From Oculina patagonica (taxonomy: Eukaryota), in assembly GCF_052425735.1 (NCBI RefSeq), contig NC_135768.1, positions 16,678,001 through 16,742,000 on the forward strand: a stretch of 64,000 nucleotides of DNA, given 5' to 3'. Below are positions 12,395 to 25,040 of this stretch, in pieces (within the stretch, counting starts at the first letter, position 1; each line of letters opens with the position of its first letter). The translations under genes and the position numbers were made by a program. The notes beneath the pieces were generated by a model, which saw only the letters and a list, made by a program, of their open reading frames with translations, made no database searches and was not told where the DNA came from.

Positions 12395-13318
12395 ATTATT
12401 AAATTCTCAACCTCGGATATTGCATTTCTAGCTTTCTAATTGGTTCACTGAATCCCGGTTATCAGCTCGTATACCTATGTTTGACCTTATATGGGAAATG
12501 AGTGCGGCAAGTGCCCCTCAGCGTAAAATTTTTCTGCGGGAAGAGACAGTTCCATCAGAAAAGTGGTTGAAAACAGCAAATTTGGCGAGCTTTATGAACA
12601 CAAGAAATAATCAACGGTGCCTACAAAAACCCCAGAAATGCCATATTAAATTTAACTACGCAAAACAAAAGGATTGATGCAAAAAGTTTAATTAATAATA
12701 CTTGTAAACGCACAACAAAAGCGAGTGAATAAAGTAGAAAAGCAGCAAATAATTTACGAAAGAACGGCAAACTGACATAGTTTCATTCATTGTACGTCAT
12801 AAAATTAGGCTCAGCACCTCTGTAAAGTTTGTTACCTTTTAATCTTGGTCTTGTCCTTTTATACTTCGATAAACCTGTTCCACTTTGAGGTCAATTTCGC
12901 TTCAAATAATATAACAGTCTTGATGACAGCCGTGGAGCCGTAAATTACAAGTACAATGTAAACACTTGCTTCGTTCTACTTGCACAAGACGTGTAGTTTC
13001 CAGAAAAGCTTTTGCTTCGGATCATCTTAACTGTTGTCACAATTTCCAGGATATATAGACGACTTTAGAGGAAGTTATTGGATGAAAATCTTGGGAAGAA
13101 AACTCTCTCGCTCGCTTTTCTCGTGTGTTTCATTCAACTCAAGAAGTGAACACCACGCCACAAATTTTCCCGCCTCCTCATACTATCAAACTGAAATGTC
13201 GAGTTGATTTAAACTTAAAGACGAATTTAATAAAACAATTATTCTATTCGCCCTTGATGGATACGAGTCGTTATTGCCAACTCGTATCCAACGCGGGCTC
13301 ATAGAATAATTGTTAAAT
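12395..13318. mobile_element. Non-autonomous hairpin-ended element (possibly Crypton-type)
   Basis: Terminal hairpin AACAATTATTCTAT..GGATACGAG..CTCGTATCC..ATAGAATAATTGTT; AT-rich ends with no clear TSD; interior shared with 10640-11330. Confidence 0.55.
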
Positions 13319-14256
13319 AACCGGAGTTTCACCTTTAGTTATATGGACAGGCAATGTGTTTACACACAATTTTGTTCGTGTCAACAAGAATTTGCTTTAC
13401 AAAACGTTTAATGTATAGATTATTTGCGAGTAGCAACGTACCAAATGAAGATTATTAATAACCGTTGAGCAGTTGCTAAGAGTCTCATATTTTAGCTTTC
13501 TTTGATAGATATTTGTTGCTTCTGTCCATTTTCAACAATGAAAATAATTAAAATAAACGGGGAAAGGTACAAATCAGCGACGAATCACTAATTACAGGCC
13601 AATTAGTCCTTTTTAGCACTGCCGGATTCACTGAACCAACGAAACATAACGTTAAACAATCAATACTTTTGAAAAATTCTCACAGCTAGTAATTATAAGG
13701 CCAGGGATAATGGAACATGAAAATAAGTTTAACGGTACATTCGTTAACATTCCGAATCGTTAATCTTACGCATTTTTACTCATTTTGCCCAACACGACAA
13801 GATATCCAACTTAAAACGTTTGAGCAATCATTTTTAGCTAATTAACAGAATTTTTAACAAGGGAAAATCACTGCAAAGAAACAGTTGCTTGTGGCAAGAC
13901 ATTTTTTTTTTTACTCAATACACCTTCACTCTCCTGTGAGTTGACCAGTTGGTAAAGTTATCATTCGATTCAGGCTTCCAATCATGTTTAGGAAGAACAT
14001 AAAGGTTCAAATTAAAAGTGATTTTCCTCGGTTTTGAACAAAAAGTTGACTGCGTAAAAGGAAACAAAAATTAATCCACCACAAACACTGACAACGCACT
14101 ATAGCCACTTGAATACACGTGACAGCCAAACTTAGGTCGCACGGTACTAATGAAAAAACATCGGAGCCTCAAAAAAAAAAAACAGATGGAAAGAGTCTCT
14201 TGCATCGTTAACAGTTTTCATATAAACGATCGGAGATTCGAAGCGCAGAAACCGAG

Positions 14257-15405
14257 ATGAACTCAAGCCTACCAATCCAGACTGGCACGATTCCCTTCAG
14301 ATGTCACAATGACGATTTCATGGTTGGGATTCCACAGCAGTTTTCCACACACGCCTACAGTGTGATGGTCTTGAACATCGTCATCCTTGTTGTGTCCTGT
14401 CCTTTTACCATTGTACTAATAAACGTGCTGACGATGGTCGCCGTGAAGATCAAGGCGCGACTGCAAAGCATGTCCAACATAGCGCTGGCATGCTTGGCGG
14501 CCACTGATGTGATGGTCGGAATCATTGTCCAACCAGTTCAAATGGCTCTTGTAATTACAGTACTACAAGGGGAAGATACAAGCCATGTTTGTCGATTGCG
14601 AAATGTCTTGAAATATTTGATTAACTTTTTTAGTTTTTCGTCACTTGCCCACTTGGTGCTTATGAATGCAGATCGGTACATGGCTATCAAACAAAGCTAC
14701 AGTTATGATCAAATTGTCACCAAAGCTCGAGTACTGATTGCGTCTGCCATTGCGTGGATCTTAACTGCCATCCTACTTATTTTTCTTTCCGTCGACCATA
14801 ACCTATTTTTTTCTATCCAAAATTCACTCGCAGTTATATTTATGTTGTTAATTGCAATCAACAGTGCAGTGGTTTATAGTGAGGCTCGCCGACATGAAAG
14901 ACAAATAGCAGCTCAACAAGTATCAGTGGAAGCCAGAGAAAGGTTTTTAAAGGAAAAGCGAGCCCTAAAACTGACCACGACTATTGTTGTAATAGTGTTT
15001 CTAAGTTATCTGCCCATAATTAGTGTGAGAATAATCAGGAACGTTCTTAAAGACAAAGTCTCCATAGACACAATATATGCATTTTATTTCTCTGCTGCGT
15101 CTTCAGTAGTTATTAACTCTCTTATTAACCCACTCATTTATACTGTCAGATTAAGGCAGTTCCGTGTTGCATTTATCGAGTTACTTTTGAAGAAAAACCA
15201 CGCTCAAGCTGAAGAACTTGAAAAGAATATTTTTGGATCACTGAATGCTGCGCCCAACTTTACCAATCAGGGAGGAGAGACAGGGGAGCAAAATGTCAAC
15301 CAAGTGAATGCTATCATTGACGTTGAAACATACCAGGGAGCAGAGAGAGAGGAGCACAATGTCAACTCAGTGAATGCTGTTTCTGACATTGAAACAATCA
15401 TCTAG
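14257..15405 (+). CDS. Intronless class A GPCR of a different family, 382 aa, with a repetitive acidic C-tail
   Basis: 7 TM; LAATD, ADRY, SYLP, NSLINPLIY; longer N-terminus beginning with an N-S-S sequon; long uninterrupted ORF. Confidence 0.92.
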   Translation: MNSSLPIQTGTIPFRCHNDDFMVGIPQQFSTHAYSVMVLNIVILVVSCPFTIVLINVLTMVAVKIKARLQSMSNIALACLAATDVMVGIIVQPVQMALVITVLQGEDTSHVCRLRNVLKYLINFFSFSSLAHLVLMNADRYMAIKQSYSYDQIVTKARVLIASAIAWILTAILLIFLSVDHNLFFSIQNSLAVIFMLLIAINSAVVYSEARRHERQIAAQQVSVEARERFLKEKRALKLTTTIVVIVFLSYLPIISVRIIRNVLKDKVSIDTIYAFYFSAASSVVINSLINPLIYTVRLRQFRVAFIELLLKKNHAQAEELEKNIFGSLNAAPNFTNQGGETGEQNVNQVNAIIDVETYQGAEREEHNVNSVNAVSDIETII

Positions 15406-16029
15406 GTGAGTGCTAACAGTGACACTGAAAAAAAAAAACAGGGAGGGGAGATAGAGGAGCAAAAATTAATGATATGACGTTATAACTACTGAAGGACAAC
15501 AAGGGCGAACCAAAAAATCGTGAGTTTATAAATTTGTAAAAAGTTGATGAAAACCGCATCTTTCTTGTGTGAATAATTGACGATAAATATCAGCAATCGG
15601 CATTCGAAGTTATACCTCACATTTAATTTAAAGGCTTGTTTCCCAGCTGGGTCGAGCATGTAACATGTAAAAAAGGCAATAAAATGTTATAATCTGACAA
15701 TCAGAGTTCTAAATGAATGAAGATCGTGAGAGAGGGAACACTTTAGTACGTGTCCTACCTTCAGTATACAAAGCTTCAAGATTCGTCTCTGGAAAAATGA
15801 CCCAAAACTGGTACACTTACGTATACTGTTCATATGCAACATAGTGTACAGACGACGAAAACGTAGACGAATATAAGGATGTATAACTAAAGCGTGCTAT
15901 CTTAGAAATAATTAATGTGCCAATTATGTGTGCAAAACAAGACTAGAGCAGCATGCATCTCTTTGGTAAATTATATAAGGATACATGTTGCTTACCGAAA
16001 ATAGGGCCGTAGGAAAACACAATTTTTAC

Positions 16030-16789
16030 AATAACTGAGCGAATTCTCGCACGCTGATTGGCTAATTTTCATTGTCAATAAGAGTACAGACGCATGAAAC
16101 TCGTAGCTGACGCAATCAGCGAAGGTTTTGTCAAACTTTTCAGCGCTGATTTAGCGCTGTATTCTTGATGAGGCGAGAATTATACCACAAAACTAGAAGT
16201 CTTCAATGAGGAAATCATCTAAAATTTATCGGTTAAAACTTAAGAAACCAGTGCGACTTGAGAGCGAAGAGATCTGGATGTTTATTGAGGATTCAGACCG
16301 AAAATCGGCGGTGAGCGGGAATGTGTGCTGTCAATGAAATTAGAAAGCTGAACCACGTTTTAGCGGATTATTTTGTGAACACTTTTCAGTGGATTAAAGG
16401 TTAGTTGAACAATTCGAATTTTCTCGTGTATTTCTGGCGGTATTCTTACCAAACTTTTAATTTACGAGCCTGTGAGTGTGATTTTCCAAGTTGCAGCGAC
16501 AAAATTTAGATTCTGCGGCCGTACGGCAATCGCATCTTCCCGTAGATTTCTTTCCTTCGTTTTAAAATCATGCAGTTTTGGCTTTTTTTTATTGTAAAAA
16601 ACAAATTGACATCAGTTTTTTATGCGTCTGTCCTGTTATTGATGATAAATTGCGTCATGACATTGTCAAAGTTTGTTGTAGATCCGCTCGCCTGGCGGCT
16701 CGCGAATCTACAACACTTTGACAATGTTATGACGCAATTTATCATCAATAACAGGACAGACGCACAAAAAACTGATGTCAATTTGTTAA
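16030..16789. mobile_element. Non-autonomous element ending in a 188-bp hairpin (16600-16787)
   Basis: AACAAATTGACATCAGTTTTTTATGCGTCTGTCCTGTTATTGATGATAAATTGCGTCAT...ATGACGCAATTTATCATCAATAACAGGACAGACGCACAAAAAACTGATGTCAATTTGTT; other end has GCGCTGATTGG-like motif and a partial arm copy (CAATAAGAGTACAGACGCA). Confidence 0.7.
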
Positions 16790-16997
16790 GTTTCATACTA
16801 TGTCGAAGGCAACTGAAGGTTGCCGAAAATTAAGAGGTTGTTTCTGTAATTCCGGTCTGGTCAATCTGGCTTGTACAATAGATTTCGCTCATTTCTTGTG
16901 TGCTGCAAGACTTTCATGTACTTATACTAAAACCACAATTTACTTGACCGGATCATTCATTTTCTTCGAGTTTTAAAACATTTTCGGTTCACCCGAA

Positions 16998-17161
16998 CGA
17001 GAAGAAGTTCTCAATATGGCGGCTAGCACCAGAGTGTTGCCGATAATGGATATGAGCATCAATGGAGCATTCAAGACACAGTTTATGATATCAAAATTGT
17101 CAGGACGAGAGTCACTTTTGTCCGTATTGCTTGATTTGTTTATTTCTGGTTGGCTTTCCAT
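16998..17161 (-). pseudogene. GPCR 5' fragment (N-terminus and TM1 only)
   Basis: MESQPEINKSSNTDKSDSRPD..INCVLNAPLMLISIIGNTLVLAAILRTS, after which homology ends. Confidence 0.85.
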
Positions 17162-17451
17162 CCTCGCGTTCCCTCAACAGTCCATATGTACAGTTAAATA
17201 CCGTTTGACATTTCCGTTTTAGCAAGTATTGGGTAATCAATTACAAGCGTTTGGTGTCCAGGTCTGTGTCGTGTTACATCGTGTTCCATCGCTTTTCGTT
17301 GCAACCAGGACGCGTCAGATAACAATTGGCTGTTTGGCTTTATACAAAGTATTCCTCACAGAGATACAATGATACAATGAAGGAAATGAAAACACCTGAT
17401 TTTGTTTCATCTAAAAATATATTTATTTTTTGTATTTACAAATTTTCAACG

Positions 17452-17490
<39 letters not shown>

Positions 17491-17868
17491 TTCTTGAGAT
17501 ATTCTTAAAAAATCGCAAATTTCAGCCTCGATATTCTTATAAAATAAAAAGAGTGTAATTTATAGTTAATCAATCGATTCTCACCTGTTTTTGTTATTTT
17601 TATCTTAAGGCTGCTAGGACAGCGTTAAGCTTGCCAAAAGGTTCAGACATACGGCTGCTTTTTGGCAAGCATTTTTCTGCTTGTTCATTTCGTTCTCTCG
17701 TGAAGTGCACTGCTCACCATTGTGGTTCAGACAAGTGGCTGCCACTTTGTATGCATTACACTTTTGATTTCGTAATATCATCAGCCACGGGCTGCTGTTG
17801 TTTTCACCCTTTAACGCGAGCTTTGCCTTTCTTTTTGTTGTGGGGCTTGTGCCACAGTTGTGTGGCTC

Positions 17869-18601
17869 GTGGCGTTTTTTGGCGCCCCACGTTTACATTA
17901 TCGTTTAATCTGTTCAGATCTTCTATATTTTGTTATGACTTAGAGATAATTGATTCAATTAAAACTGCCACATGCGTTGCCAATTTTCTCCAAGTTATTT
18001 CTTTTATTGAGTTCTAACCTTCTCAACCCTGCGAAGTATCTTATTCAAGCAAAGCTCGCGTGAAAGGTCGTTTATCCTAGGAACGTGCATCGATATAAAA
18101 CCAAACATTATGTCTAGACATAATGTTGTTTATGTCGAGGCATGTTCATTTGATAACCCGTTGGGAGGTTCCGTACCAGGTACGAAGATGAACCAATAAC
18201 ATTTTAGGGCGGAGTTTGCTATGTAAGCAGAAACAATCGCTTAATTCGTCCTTTTATTCCTCGCCATTGAAGTGTCGAGAGCTCAAGAAAATATTTCCCT
18301 CCACCACCCCTTATCGCCGACCAACGGGTTTTCACTGCTATCAGCCGTTTTTCCGAATGTTTATTCATTTCTGTTCGCTTTATTGTTGTGGTGGCGTTTT
18401 TTGGCGCCCCACATTTACATCATCGTTTAATCTGTTCAGATCTTCTATATTTTGTTATGACTTAGAGATAATTGATTTAATTAAAACTGCCACATGCGTG
18501 GCCAATTTTCTCCAAGTCATTTGTATTATTGAGTTCTAACCTTCTCAACCCTTCGAAGTATCTTAAGGTCGTTTATCCTAGGAACGTGCATCGATATAAA
18601 A
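17869..18601 (+). repeat. Direct duplication of about 210-230 bp (17869-18100 and 18391-18601)
   Basis: Near-identical GTGGCGTTTTTTGGCGCCCCAC...CCTAGGAACGTGCATCGATATAAAA; both ORF translations end GVFWRPTFT.SFNLFRSSIFCYDLEIID. Confidence 0.9.
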
Positions 18602-19520
18602 TATATTATAATAACGTGAGAAATAGGTCTATCGCATCATTCTGCTGCTGTCGTCCCATATAAAGTTTAAATGGTCGTTGAAGTCCTAAAGAGGCTTACC
18701 TAAATAGCATAAGGGTACATCGAAAAGTATCGATTGTCGATTACCTCCGCATTAAACCGGCAAACCGTCAAGAAAGAAAAACCTCTTCATCGACAGCTGA
18801 AATTATGTTTACATTGGGGCATTGCCCACTATACGGTGACTATTTTTTTATTATTCGAGGGTTAAATGTTATTTGCGAAAATTGAATTCAGCTGTTATGC
18901 TTCAGCAAAACAAAAGATTGGAACAGCATGGCTCTTAGTGAGTGATTAACAAATTAATTTAATTTGTCCAAAGATGGAACTGGACGTCTTAAACAAATTT
19001 CTAGCACGCTTTTTTTTTAAATTTGAACTCACCTTTTTTTTCATAACAAAGTATATTATTTTGGGTTGTCATGACAATTTTTTTTCACGTGCCAATTTTA
19101 ATTCCGTTACCTTGAATGTACAACGCTTATGACATGATGTCTCATTAAGTGATGTAGGAATAGAAATAAAAATGTTGTAGACTAAAATAATCGCCTTCGC
19201 GAAGTCAAGAAAGTTTAAACTGCACGCTCAGAATAACTAGTTTTGGCCCCCACCGTAGAGTGTTCCTATGAACAAAACATTTTAACCAATTCTATGTCAA
19301 ACTGCATTTTTCAATTTGCAAATCCGACTCAATTTCATAACTCAATATATAAGTCCGAGTTTTTTACTTCATATTTAGCTGCTGAGTTTTATCATTTGAG
19401 TAAGTGCTTTACTTAAAAGCTCTATTTTTATTCGTCAACTTAAGACTAATTTGCACCTCTTTTCTTCTTATGGCTAGGGGCATTGTCGATTTTCTGTTGT
19501 TACGTTTGGCAAGCTATGAA

Positions 19521-20534
19521 TAGCCTGCGTTGCAGACGAGCAAAACCCCGGTTATATCCGTCTGCGAATTAGAGCACAAAAGCTTGTTCCGGCCCCAGCG
19601 GGTTACCAGGGATTTCTATAATAACCTCTGATTGGCTCTTGAAAAGGGCTGTTCTTTCGTGCGCCGTTATTGGTCGGTTGATCTTGTGAAACCATAGTTA
19701 CGCGTTCGATGAATAGCAGATACTAGTTACACTGAGGCGTTCTTGTCGTATAATTTGTATATTTGCCGCTCTGTGGAATGGGTCATCCAATTTATTTCGC
19801 TTTTCACTTGTTTAGAAAGGGTACTTTATGCTGTAGGCTGTATTATTTGGAGGCGTTTTAAATTGCGTAGAGCCATAAGACTGTCACTTTAATAGCAAAT
19901 GTGTAGAGGTCATAGTCTGCACGGCTTTTCGTTTGTATATTTTGACTGTTTTTGACACCTCTGTGTTAAATTTGTCATATGTAATTACTATTGCGGTTAG
20001 TCTTTGAACATCCTGGAACATTCATATTTGCTCTGGTCCTAAATTTTTTCGTGAAGATGTCGACTACTTGCATTCTGCATTTGTAACGCCGGGTTCGGCT
20101 GTTTATTGTGTTGCAAGGTCATGTTGCTTCTCATCACGGATGACGGATGGTTCGTTGTGTGACATTCTTTCACCACAACTGAAGACAATGACCTTTTTGC
20201 TTTTCAGTTGTGTTTGCTTCTTGTCGTTATTGTTTTCTTTTTTTTTTCAGATAGTTCGAACCGGTTGCTTTTTTACCGCTTCAAACGTTTATTCTCACCG
20301 ATCTGCCGTGATCGCCGCAAGTTTATTGTGTATCTGTTGTTCATTTAAAGCGTAACTATGGTGTTACAAGATTCATTCGACCAATCACGGCGCACGAAAG
20401 AACGGCCCTATCGAAGAGCCAATCAGAGGTAATTATAGAAATCCCTGGTAACGCGCGGGGGGCCGGGACAAGCTTTTGTGCTCTAATTCGCAGACGGATA
20501 TAACCGGGGTTTTGTTCGTCTGCAACGCAGGCTA
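19521..20534. mobile_element. Non-autonomous DNA transposon with long TIRs and an 8-bp TSD
   Basis: TAGCCTGCGTTGCAGACGA...TCGTCTGCAACGCAGGCTA with inverted arms over 150 bp; TSD GCTATGAA (19513-19520, 20535-20542); empty site in paralogous flanks near 38540 and 60870. Confidence 0.92.
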
Positions 20535-20838
20535 GCTATGAAAAACTTTTGAAAGTAGTGCAAGATACCCATATTTTTTTTTCATTATCTTGGCTCAGTG
20601 TTTAAGAAATGATGGTCTCATCTCTCAAGACACCTAAAAAAGGGGCCCAGTGTCTTCCCGTCCAAATCATGATTAACGACAAATTTAAGGAATAACTTAA
20701 GTCTATCGACAGAATGCCGGAACATGTTGAAATATAAAAAGCATAAACGAATTTCAGGGTTTTTGTTTACATATCATTTTTATTTCTACAAATAGGGCTC
20801 TTTATTTGAACCCAAACTCCCTGAGTTACGTACAGTAG

Positions 20839-21708
20839 CTAGTTTTCGTCCGTCTGTTTGCATAACATCTGTCTTGCTGTCTTTACAACTGCCGTTCGAA
20901 GTTCACGAATACGCCAACAATACAAAACTGGATTGAGGGACGAGTTCATAAATGCTACAGTATCGGCAAAGTACCAAGCGGTTTTCCAGTGATTACTAGA
21001 AATAACTATAATTAACATTGAAATAAACAACGGTGTGTAACACAAAATCATAACTACATAATATAAAAAGGTGTTGATGGCACTTTTTTTCGATCGCTGC
21101 ATATTCTGAACACTTTCAGCACTTAAGCATTCCATAGCCTGTTGTTGGGCGTGAATTTGCAACTGATGCTGTCTAACAACACGATAAATTTTGGTGTAAC
21201 AAACGGTAGTTATTACAACGCAAATAATAACAAAAAGAGCAGTAGCAAAATTATCTGCTTCCTCAGACTTTTCCCAAAAATTTAAAAATGATAATAGAAT
21301 GGTAATGAGCCAAAGAATTGCTGACGTATATACAGCACGATGTGTAGTCATCAAATTCGGATATCGCATGTGGTAATGAAGAGCCAAGAACCGATCCACA
21401 CTAATGGTTGTCATCGTAGAGAGTGAAACGCCACATGCAGAAAGGGCTATTATGGTCAGTACCTGAAGCAGGGCGTCATTTCCTGTTAGTCTAGTAACAA
21501 TGTAAATTGGCTGTACGACAAGTCCAACGAGAAGGTCTGACACAGCCAAACTGCATAGTAATATAAACGAAGGCAACCGCAGAGAAGGAGTTCTCAATAT
21601 GGCGGCTAGCACTAGAGTGTTACCAATAATGGATACGAGCATCAACGGTGCATTCAGGGCACAGTTTATGATGATAATCGTTTCAGGACGAGAGTAGCTT
21701 TTGCGCAT
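20839..21708 (-). CDS. Intronless class A GPCR (cluster family), 289 aa
   Basis: All motifs intact (IGN, LAVSD, DRF, CYTP, NPVLY). Confidence 0.92.
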   Translation of the reverse strand: MRKSYSRPETIIIINCALNAPLMLVSIIGNTLVLAAILRTPSLRLPSFILLCSLAVSDLLVGLVVQPIYIVTRLTGNDALLQVLTIIALSACGVSLSTMTTISVDRFLALHYHMRYPNLMTTHRAVYTSAILWLITILLSFLNFWEKSEEADNFATALFVIICVVITTVCYTKIYRVVRQHQLQIHAQQQAMECLSAESVQNMQRSKKSAINTFLYYVVMILCYTPLFISMLIIVISSNHWKTAWYFADTVAFMNSSLNPVLYCWRIRELRTAVVKTARQMLCKQTDEN

Positions 21709-23299
21709 ATCGCCTGAATTGTCGGTTTCTGATTGGTTTGGCTTTCCGCGATCCCTTTCACGTTTAAAATAGCGAAGCCTTGTTTTTGGTCCAAGAGTCG
21801 ATAATATGATATGTTGACGTGAAAAATGTCTATCGCATCCTTCTGTTGCCTGTCACAAATAAAGTTTAAGTGCTTGTTGATTCAAGTCCCAAAGTCAGGT
21901 TTACCTCACTAGCAATCCGCATCGATCACCTCCGTATTTGAAAACAGGTTAGAAAGAAAGACCTCTTGGGCGACAGTTAAATATATATTGACATAGCGAA
22001 ATTGCGACGACGCGTTGGCCTCTTTTTGTGTTCTATAACTTTTAATTTGAGAAATCTAAAGGCAGCTGTTTTATTTGCGTTAAGACTGGAGCAGCATGGC
22101 AAATTAATTTTTCCCAAAGAAAGAAATGTTAAATAAATTAGCCAGCTGCGACGATACCCTTTCTTTTAAAAATACAAGCTTATAAATGCAGCACAGACCA
22201 TGCTATAAAATGAAGGTACTTGGGAAACTTCCAAGTTTATATTTCACGCTCAAAACAAGTAATTTTTGCATGAGGCAGCCACATTTGGTACATCCACCAC
22301 TTCCAATTTTATGACGTGGTCAAGATAACTTTTTAATTTGTCGTCAGCCCGTTTTTTTGTGGCAAAATATATTGTTCCTTGCGGTCGTGGTAAGGTTTTG
22401 TCAATTTCCCTTCATTTTTGTCTCGTTATTTTAGATTTTATGACGTGACGTGCTTATACCCCACAAGGATCTCTTTAAAGATCTGGGAATGTTTTGCCAC
22501 CTTGTTTGCGCATGTGGGTACAATGTTCTCTGCAATGCCAAAGCGTGGTAACAATTTAAATATTGACGGTATGACTAATCATCACCAAGAGAGGTCCCTT
22601 CGCCACGTTATTGGCATCTTTTAATGCATTCAGTCTTTTGGCTAAATGAAACAATGGTAGATTTAGGAGCAATTTCAATTTTGTTTGGAACAGTAAAAGG
22701 CAAATTATTTAAAATATAAATTTGCATGAAATTTTGAGGGGTGGGGTATTTAACTTTCCTTCACAGTCTTACTGACTAACAAAACAGTTAGGATACAAGT
22801 TAAGAGATGAAGTATGTTCTTGACGAAAACAAGTAATTCTATATTATGGCCATAGAAACGAAGCACCAACTAGAATCAATGAATTAATAAAACAAAGAAA
22901 CAAAAAATCAAACCATGTTTGCAATCGACACCAACGAATATTGAGGTGATCCCCAATCACCAATTTGAACGCCTTATCACCTTCATATCATCGTCAAAAT
23001 ATTTCGCCCTCAGGGGTAAATAAGAGACGTAACCTAAACAACCTAACATGCCAAGTAAATGAGTCTTCCTTAATTGTTCCGCATTAAATCACCGTTCCTG
23101 ACTTTACTACTGCCAAAAATCTCGACTGATTGGTGTTTTGCTAGCTTTGGTTGCAGATAATTGCACCGTACGTAATGAAAGACTCGAAGTTACTTTTGGC
23201 TCTCCAAAATACAAAGAGTGATGCCAATATTTGAGGAAAGCATCAATGGTCGTAGCTCATGACTAGGATTATTGACGTAGTAAGTTTTAAACCCTATTC

Positions 23300-24169
23300 C
23301 TAAGTAAAGGAGTTTTCCACTCTTTGATTACATAAGATTTGCCTTGCTGTCTTTACAACTGCCGCTCGAAGTTCACGAATACGCCAGCAATACAAAATTG
23401 GATTGATGGTCGAGTTCATAAATGCGACAGTATCTGCTAAGGTCCATGCAACCGTCCAGCGATTGCGGGACACAGCTAAAATTGACATGGAAGCAAATAA
23501 CGGGGTATAACACAATATCATAACGATGTGATATATAAAAGTGTTTTTAGCACTTTTAGTCAGTCCCAGCATGTTCTGATTGATATTTGCAGCATTAGTT
23601 TCCACAGCCTGCTGTTGAACATGAATTTGTAACTGATGCTGTCTAACAATTCGATAAATTCGTAGGTAACAAACAGTACAACTTAAAAGGCAAATGATGA
23701 TGCCAAAAGCTGCAGCAAAATGATAAGCATCCATTTTCCAAAAGGACAACAATGACAACAGTAAGCAAATGAGCCAAAGAGTCGCTGATGTATACAAAGC
23801 GCGATGTGTAGTCATCAAATTCGGATATCGCATGTGATAATGAAGAGCCAAGAACCGATCCACACTTATGGCTGTCATTATGAGAAGGGAGACACCACAT
23901 CCCAAAGCGGCCATTATGGACAATGCTTGGAAAAGGGAGCCATTTTCCGTTAAATAATAGGCAATGTAAACCGGTTGTAGAACAAGGCCAACAAAAAGAT
24001 CCGAAACAGCCAAACTGCAAAGCAAAATTGTGGACGGTGAGTGAAGCGAAGGAGTTCTCAATATGGCGGCTAGGACCACAGTGTTTTCAAATATGGTTAT
24101 TATCATCAGTAAAGCATTCAGTACACAGTTTATGGTAACAACAGTATCAGGACGAGAATTACTACCCAT
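23300..24169 (-). CDS. Intronless class A GPCR, FEN subtype, 289 aa
   Basis: All motifs intact; FEN in TM1; QRVENSFT tail. Confidence 0.92.
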   Translation of the reverse strand: MGSNSRPDTVVTINCVLNALLMIITIFENTVVLAAILRTPSLHSPSTILLCSLAVSDLFVGLVLQPVYIAYYLTENGSLFQALSIMAALGCGVSLLIMTAISVDRFLALHYHMRYPNLMTTHRALYTSATLWLICLLLSLLSFWKMDAYHFAAAFGIIICLLSCTVCYLRIYRIVRQHQLQIHVQQQAVETNAANINQNMLGLTKSAKNTFIYHIVMILCYTPLFASMSILAVSRNRWTVAWTLADTVAFMNSTINPILYCWRIRELRAAVVKTARQILCNQRVENSFT

Positions 24170-25040
24170 ATTGCTGGAAAAGCCTTTTTCGCACAGTCAC
24201 CCTTTCTAAAGTAACGTATTCTAAAGTGTTCAGTCCATTTATTTAACAAATACTACCCCATCCGCAAAATTTAAATTTTATATTTAATGAAGTAAACACA
24301 CGATGCAAAAAGGTTATTGTTTGCTTGTGACATTGCATATATGAATGTTGACATAACGGTAAAGAGAACGGTGGCAGATGTTTGTATTCAATGGATCGAT
24401 CTTTTGCTTCATAACTTTATTAAAGGAGCTTCGCTTTCATTCTTAACCAATGTTGTTTATTTAAGGTTTATTATTACTTGCTTGGTGTTTTCTACCATAG
24501 AAAACAATTATTATGAGGTTTTCTTCAAATGGAAAGTAATTTTGTTCACCCGGAAAATGGCTTATAATGACGTGGCCTAGCTTATTTTATGAATGTAAAC
24601 AGAAGATAGCCATAATGCTAGCAAAATACATCTTTCTATTAATTAACCAAGCTACCAAATGCATCATTGGCTATACTGTAATAATTAATTAATAAACACT
24701 TTCAGCGAGATCGTTTCAACGTTTAATTAAAGCTCTCCACTAAAGATGAAAACATGTTAGACCCCCTTATTTTTTTTAAATCCAGCCCGATGTTTTTTTC
24801 TGAACCTCAATATGTTTTTGAAAATTACTTCAGACATCGAATCAGTCTACACACAGCAAAAGGAAGGAGTGTCATGGTTATCGGTGCAAGTTTTTTCTTT
24901 CTATTGTTGCAAATAGGTAATTTTTTCTCACTTGCTATATGTTTGTTAGTGATGTCTCGCTTTAATTTGCATCATCTACAGAGATCTGGGACCGAGAAGC
25001 AATCTCCTTGTCTGCTTGAAAATGGAAGAAACAGAAATTT

